NCBI RefSeq assembly: GCF_000150275.1
Contig: NW_002060963.1
Location: 839,262-903,261, forward strand
DNA: 64,000 nucleotides
Direction of reading: 5' to 3'
Source of the DNA: Trichoplax adhaerens
Lineage: Eukaryota > Animalia > Placozoa
The position numbers and the translations under genes were made by a program. Below, piece by piece: positions 60,301 to 64,000 of this stretch. The stretch's first letter is position 1. Every line of letters starts with the position of its first letter. The notes below the pieces were generated by a model. That model was not told the DNA's origin, ran no database searches, and worked only from the letters and a program-made list of their open reading frames with translations.

Positions 60301-63300
60301 AATTTTTTGCAAATTTCTGCGAGACGAAAATTAAGACAAGGTTTAAATTGGGGTTATTATTGGATGCTAATGAATAGGTACACTCGAGATAAACTACTGC
60401 ATTAGCGTGATTTATTACATATAATTTGGTTACTCCTACTCAAACGTATCCGTGCCAGATATACACGTATACTGTAATACTGGAAATTGCCATGATCTCA
60501 AAAGAATAACCTGAATCAATTCATCAATATTGATGGAATTATCGTAGGCTTGCAAGGTTCTAAGTAAAGCATATCCCTATGGCAATGTAAAGATAAAATT
60601 ATGTCCAGTATCCCTAAAAATTGCTTTTAATGGAAACATATCAAATGGTTTACATTCATTAATTTCATCAAACTTAAAATAATTATAGTTCACCTTTTCC
60701 CTGATGAGGTAGAAATTGTTAGCTGACCAGCTATCAGCAGTAGTGTCTTGTCCTTGAAGGGGTGCAGTGTACGCAGAACTATCCATTGCTAAGGCCGATT
60801 GCATTTCTAAGATTTTTAAATCATCAATCTAGTTTGATAGAAAAAATTACGCTTACATAGTCGCTTATTATTTTTTGAAATCGTAACATATGGATCAACT
60901 ATCGTTCATAAATTAATTTGTAAGAAATTCATTAAAAATTTCTTTTAAATAATGATATATATTGCAGCAATGATATCAATAAAACTGTTAAACTTACCAA
61001 ATCGTTAATGCCCATCGCAGGTTGCCAACCTGACGTAAGTCCGTAATATCTTGCATGCGACTTCATCGCTTCTTGTAACCAATACTGATCCCACCAGGCC
61101 ATAGAAAATGAACCTCCAAGCCACTAAATAATATTTTAATAGAACGATAAAATTAATTCCTAGCTACGTAGATAACAAGGTAACTTCCTATTTTACCACC
61201 TATTTCAATTAATTAATTTAAGATTGATTACTATCAATTATACTGTATTTAAACAATTTTATTTGCAGTAAGCTTGTAAAGTGATTCGTCTAGTTTTGGC
61301 AACTTGAAAGTTAATCTAAGATCAATTAGATTGTTTGTACTTTCTATTGTGGTATATACGAATATTTTTTGTACTGTATTCATACGGAACATAACAAAGC
61401 TTACTTGGTAAGATATACCACTCCCTAAAAGCATGCGTTTCCAAGCTAGCTCAGCATCTGGCGTCGATAAAGGATCATACAGCAAAGCCTCAGCTTTGTA
61501 AAATAAGATATTAGTATGAGCTTGAAGATGCCTATAAAAGTTCGGAATAGCGACCATGTCTAAATGGCGATTTAGTAAATAAATAAAATTTAAAGTTAGT
61601 AAACATTTTAATTCATTCTGAACGTTGATATCGTTGATACATTATTGATTTTTGGTATCAAGTTATCAAGTCATGAATCGATATCCTATTCTATCAACGA
61701 TCTAATATTAATTCAATGCAAACAGTAGATCCAATCATCAATGCATCTAAGGTCATTCTAATCAAATGCAATCGGGTTTAAATCAGATGTACGCAGCCTA
61801 AAGACTTTGCACTAGAGGGAGTACTTAATATGATTTGTACGCGATTGTATATCAAATTGTTTTTAAGTTATTCTGCCAGAGACTTCTCTTATTCTATCAA
61901 GAAGTCCCTGATTATGCTGAGGTAATTTACATATTACAGTTGAAGTACTCGAAAATCTAATTAAAAATAGAACTAAATTAGTTCTTAAAATTATGTGTTG
62001 ATAAGTTAAATTACGCAATCCTTGCGTCTAGTAGTTAGGAATAAGGTGAGTTTTATACAACGCCGCACAACCTACCCAGGGTCATAAATGGATAGTCTAA
62101 CTTGAAATATTCCTGTTGATATAATGAAGCCATAAGTGCGGCAGTATCCAATGTTGATTTGCCATCCATAGATTGATCAGGAGGAGTCCAGAGTCTAATC
62201 TGATTAGCATAATATTATTTGCGTTATTACTTTCACGTTTATCAAATCAACCATCAATATAAATTGAAGGATTTAAAGTTTCGACGTTAGGATAAAGAGC
62301 GCTGCAAGTCTAATACTGGCAATATTAAAACTGTAGAACGAAATGGACTGAAAAATATTACTACTCAGACTAAGATGAATGCACTATTTTATTCGAAATC
62401 ATAAGAATAATAACATACTTTGAAAATTTATCGATACATGCTTTTTCAATTTTTATTACTATACCTTGCAGTGCACAAGATTCTATTCAATTGTAGTACA
62501 TCGTTAAAATTGACAAGAGATCGCAGTACTTACATATATATTTGACATGTTGGTTTGTACCGGAACTAGTGTAGGTTCGAAATCCAAGACAGCAATAGCA
62601 AGATTGTGTGGACTGATAAGAGTGCTCTCTACATTATTTCATGATATTAAAAATGCCAAGAGAAAAAAACGAAAATTCTATTAGTGTCTACAAATCTGTT
62701 GAGTTCTAGGATCAACGTTATCATACAATCTTAAACTTGTTACCATTAAATCGATCTTGAACCAGGCCATCTTTCAATACCTTGCTATCGAATAAACGGC
62801 CATTAAATAAGGTAGCAGAAGTTGTTGTTGCATTTCGAAACATAGTTAACTGAAATTTAGCCAAAAATGAAGGCTCATCAAAACAGGGAAAGATTAGCCG
62901 TGCGTTGTTTGGGTAGGAATTGGATAGGAAAATTTTTCTTAAATTTGATGATGCGCTGTTACTAAAATGTGATTATACAAAGAGGTCATAAAAAAGAAGA
63001 CATCTTGAGATTAGAATTGTATAACAAAGTAACTTCTGATTAGATAAAATTCGATTCTTCTATACAAAACAACTTTTATTTGCATAGTTAATTAATCTAT
63101 CGCAAGGTGATATAAATGCAGTACTAATGAAGTATTGATTACAACTCTTGTGTTCAAGTGTTATACTCGTAGAAGTCAAGTACAGTATCTTGGTGATATT
63201 TATACCGTCGTAATTGAATTCGATTAAAGTAGTGATTAGAACTAGAAGTATTCAAGTATAAGCTAAAAATAGTATCTCGACAATATTCATACCGTAGTCA

Positions 63301-64000
63301 TAAAGTCTATAACTTTGAAGTAGTGACTAGAACAAGTGTTGAAGTGGAAGCTAAGAACAGTATCTCGATGAAATTCATGCCGTAGTCATGAAGTCTACAA
63401 TATTGATATAGGGACTTGATTAAATTACAAGTGTTGAGTGGAAGCTAAGGACAATATCCCCATGATATTCGTACTGTAGTCATAAAGTCTATAATACTGA
63501 TGTAGTGACTAAAGAACTACAAGTATATCAGCGTCAGCTAAGGACAGTATCTCGATGATATTTATACCGTAGCCATGAAGTCTATTGAAAAAGTCTGTCT
63601 AGAAAAGTTTAAATGGAAGCTAACTACAATATCTCGATAATCACCTTTCCTGGTCACTGGAGAAATAAGATTGAGTATAAATGCCTTGCGGTGCATTCTG
63701 AATCGACGAAGCGAAATTATAGAAAAGAAAATATTTGCCAATAGCTTGCATCCGTTGCAATTTAATATAATAATAATCGTTAGCAGCATAATATCCAACT
63801 TTCTCAATGACAGGGACCGGCCCTGAATGATAATGGCCAATTTTGGGAGTGTCCGTTATCGTGATATTCTTGGTGTGGACGATAATAATATCAGTGGGTT
63901 GTGTAATCATAACAGTAATTTGAACTTCACCCACAATTAAATTGCGTTCTGGATGTAATTGTAGCATCAGTTTATAATTTTCTGGTTTAATAGACGTCCG
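57364..64000 (-). CDS. M1 family aminopeptidase N/A-like protein, predicted catalytically inactive; 5' part outside the window
   Basis: Phase-consistent exons including >64000-63645, 62937-62744, 62628-62534, 62199-62076, 61559-61405, 61123-60998, 60828-60694, 60576-60511, 60316-60248, 60047-59872, then ERAP1_C-like exons to TGA at 57364. M1 landmarks: KPENYKL, ARLIFPCFDEPSF, DYPFMTLDMVAIP, ALLYDP, WWDQYWLQE, WLTQPGYP, GFYRVLY, LAWPFV, RINWV. Confidence 0.88.
63095..63640. repeat. ~88-bp degenerate minisatellite in an aminopeptidase intron (about 6 units)
   Basis: AGTATCTCGATGATATT(C/T)ATACCGTAGTCAT core at about 63185, 63271, 63359, 63453 and 63546, partial at 63628 next to the splice donor. 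Confidence 0.85.

Noticed and set aside
57364-64000. Calling the aminopeptidase a pseudogene or naming it ANPEP/ENPEP
   Set aside because: No disabling stop or frameshift found, and orthology cannot be assigned by eye from so divergent a sequence.

Overview
AT-rich, intron-containing animal genomic DNA. Short GT-AG introns and intronless divergent GPCRs are compatible with an early-branching metazoan such as a placozoan (inference). Left to right: two intact intronless rhodopsin-class GPCRs and a decayed third copy; a ~12-14 kb tandem segmental duplication in which each unit carries a GPCR remnant, a degenerate ~120-bp repeat field and a multi-exon PARP14/15-like macro-WWE-ART gene (minus strand); two solo LTRs and a Helitron relic inside the duplication; UDP-glucose pyrophosphorylase (UGP2, minus) and fumarate hydratase (FH, plus) arranged divergently, with a 10-copy 162-bp GC-rich array between them; a type II membrane Thr-rich mucin-like ORF; and a multi-exon M1 aminopeptidase homologue (minus, runs off the window) with an apparently intact frame that has lost GAMEN, HEXXH and apparently the catalytic Tyr. 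Exon coordinates were read by eye and should be confirmed with RNA-seq.
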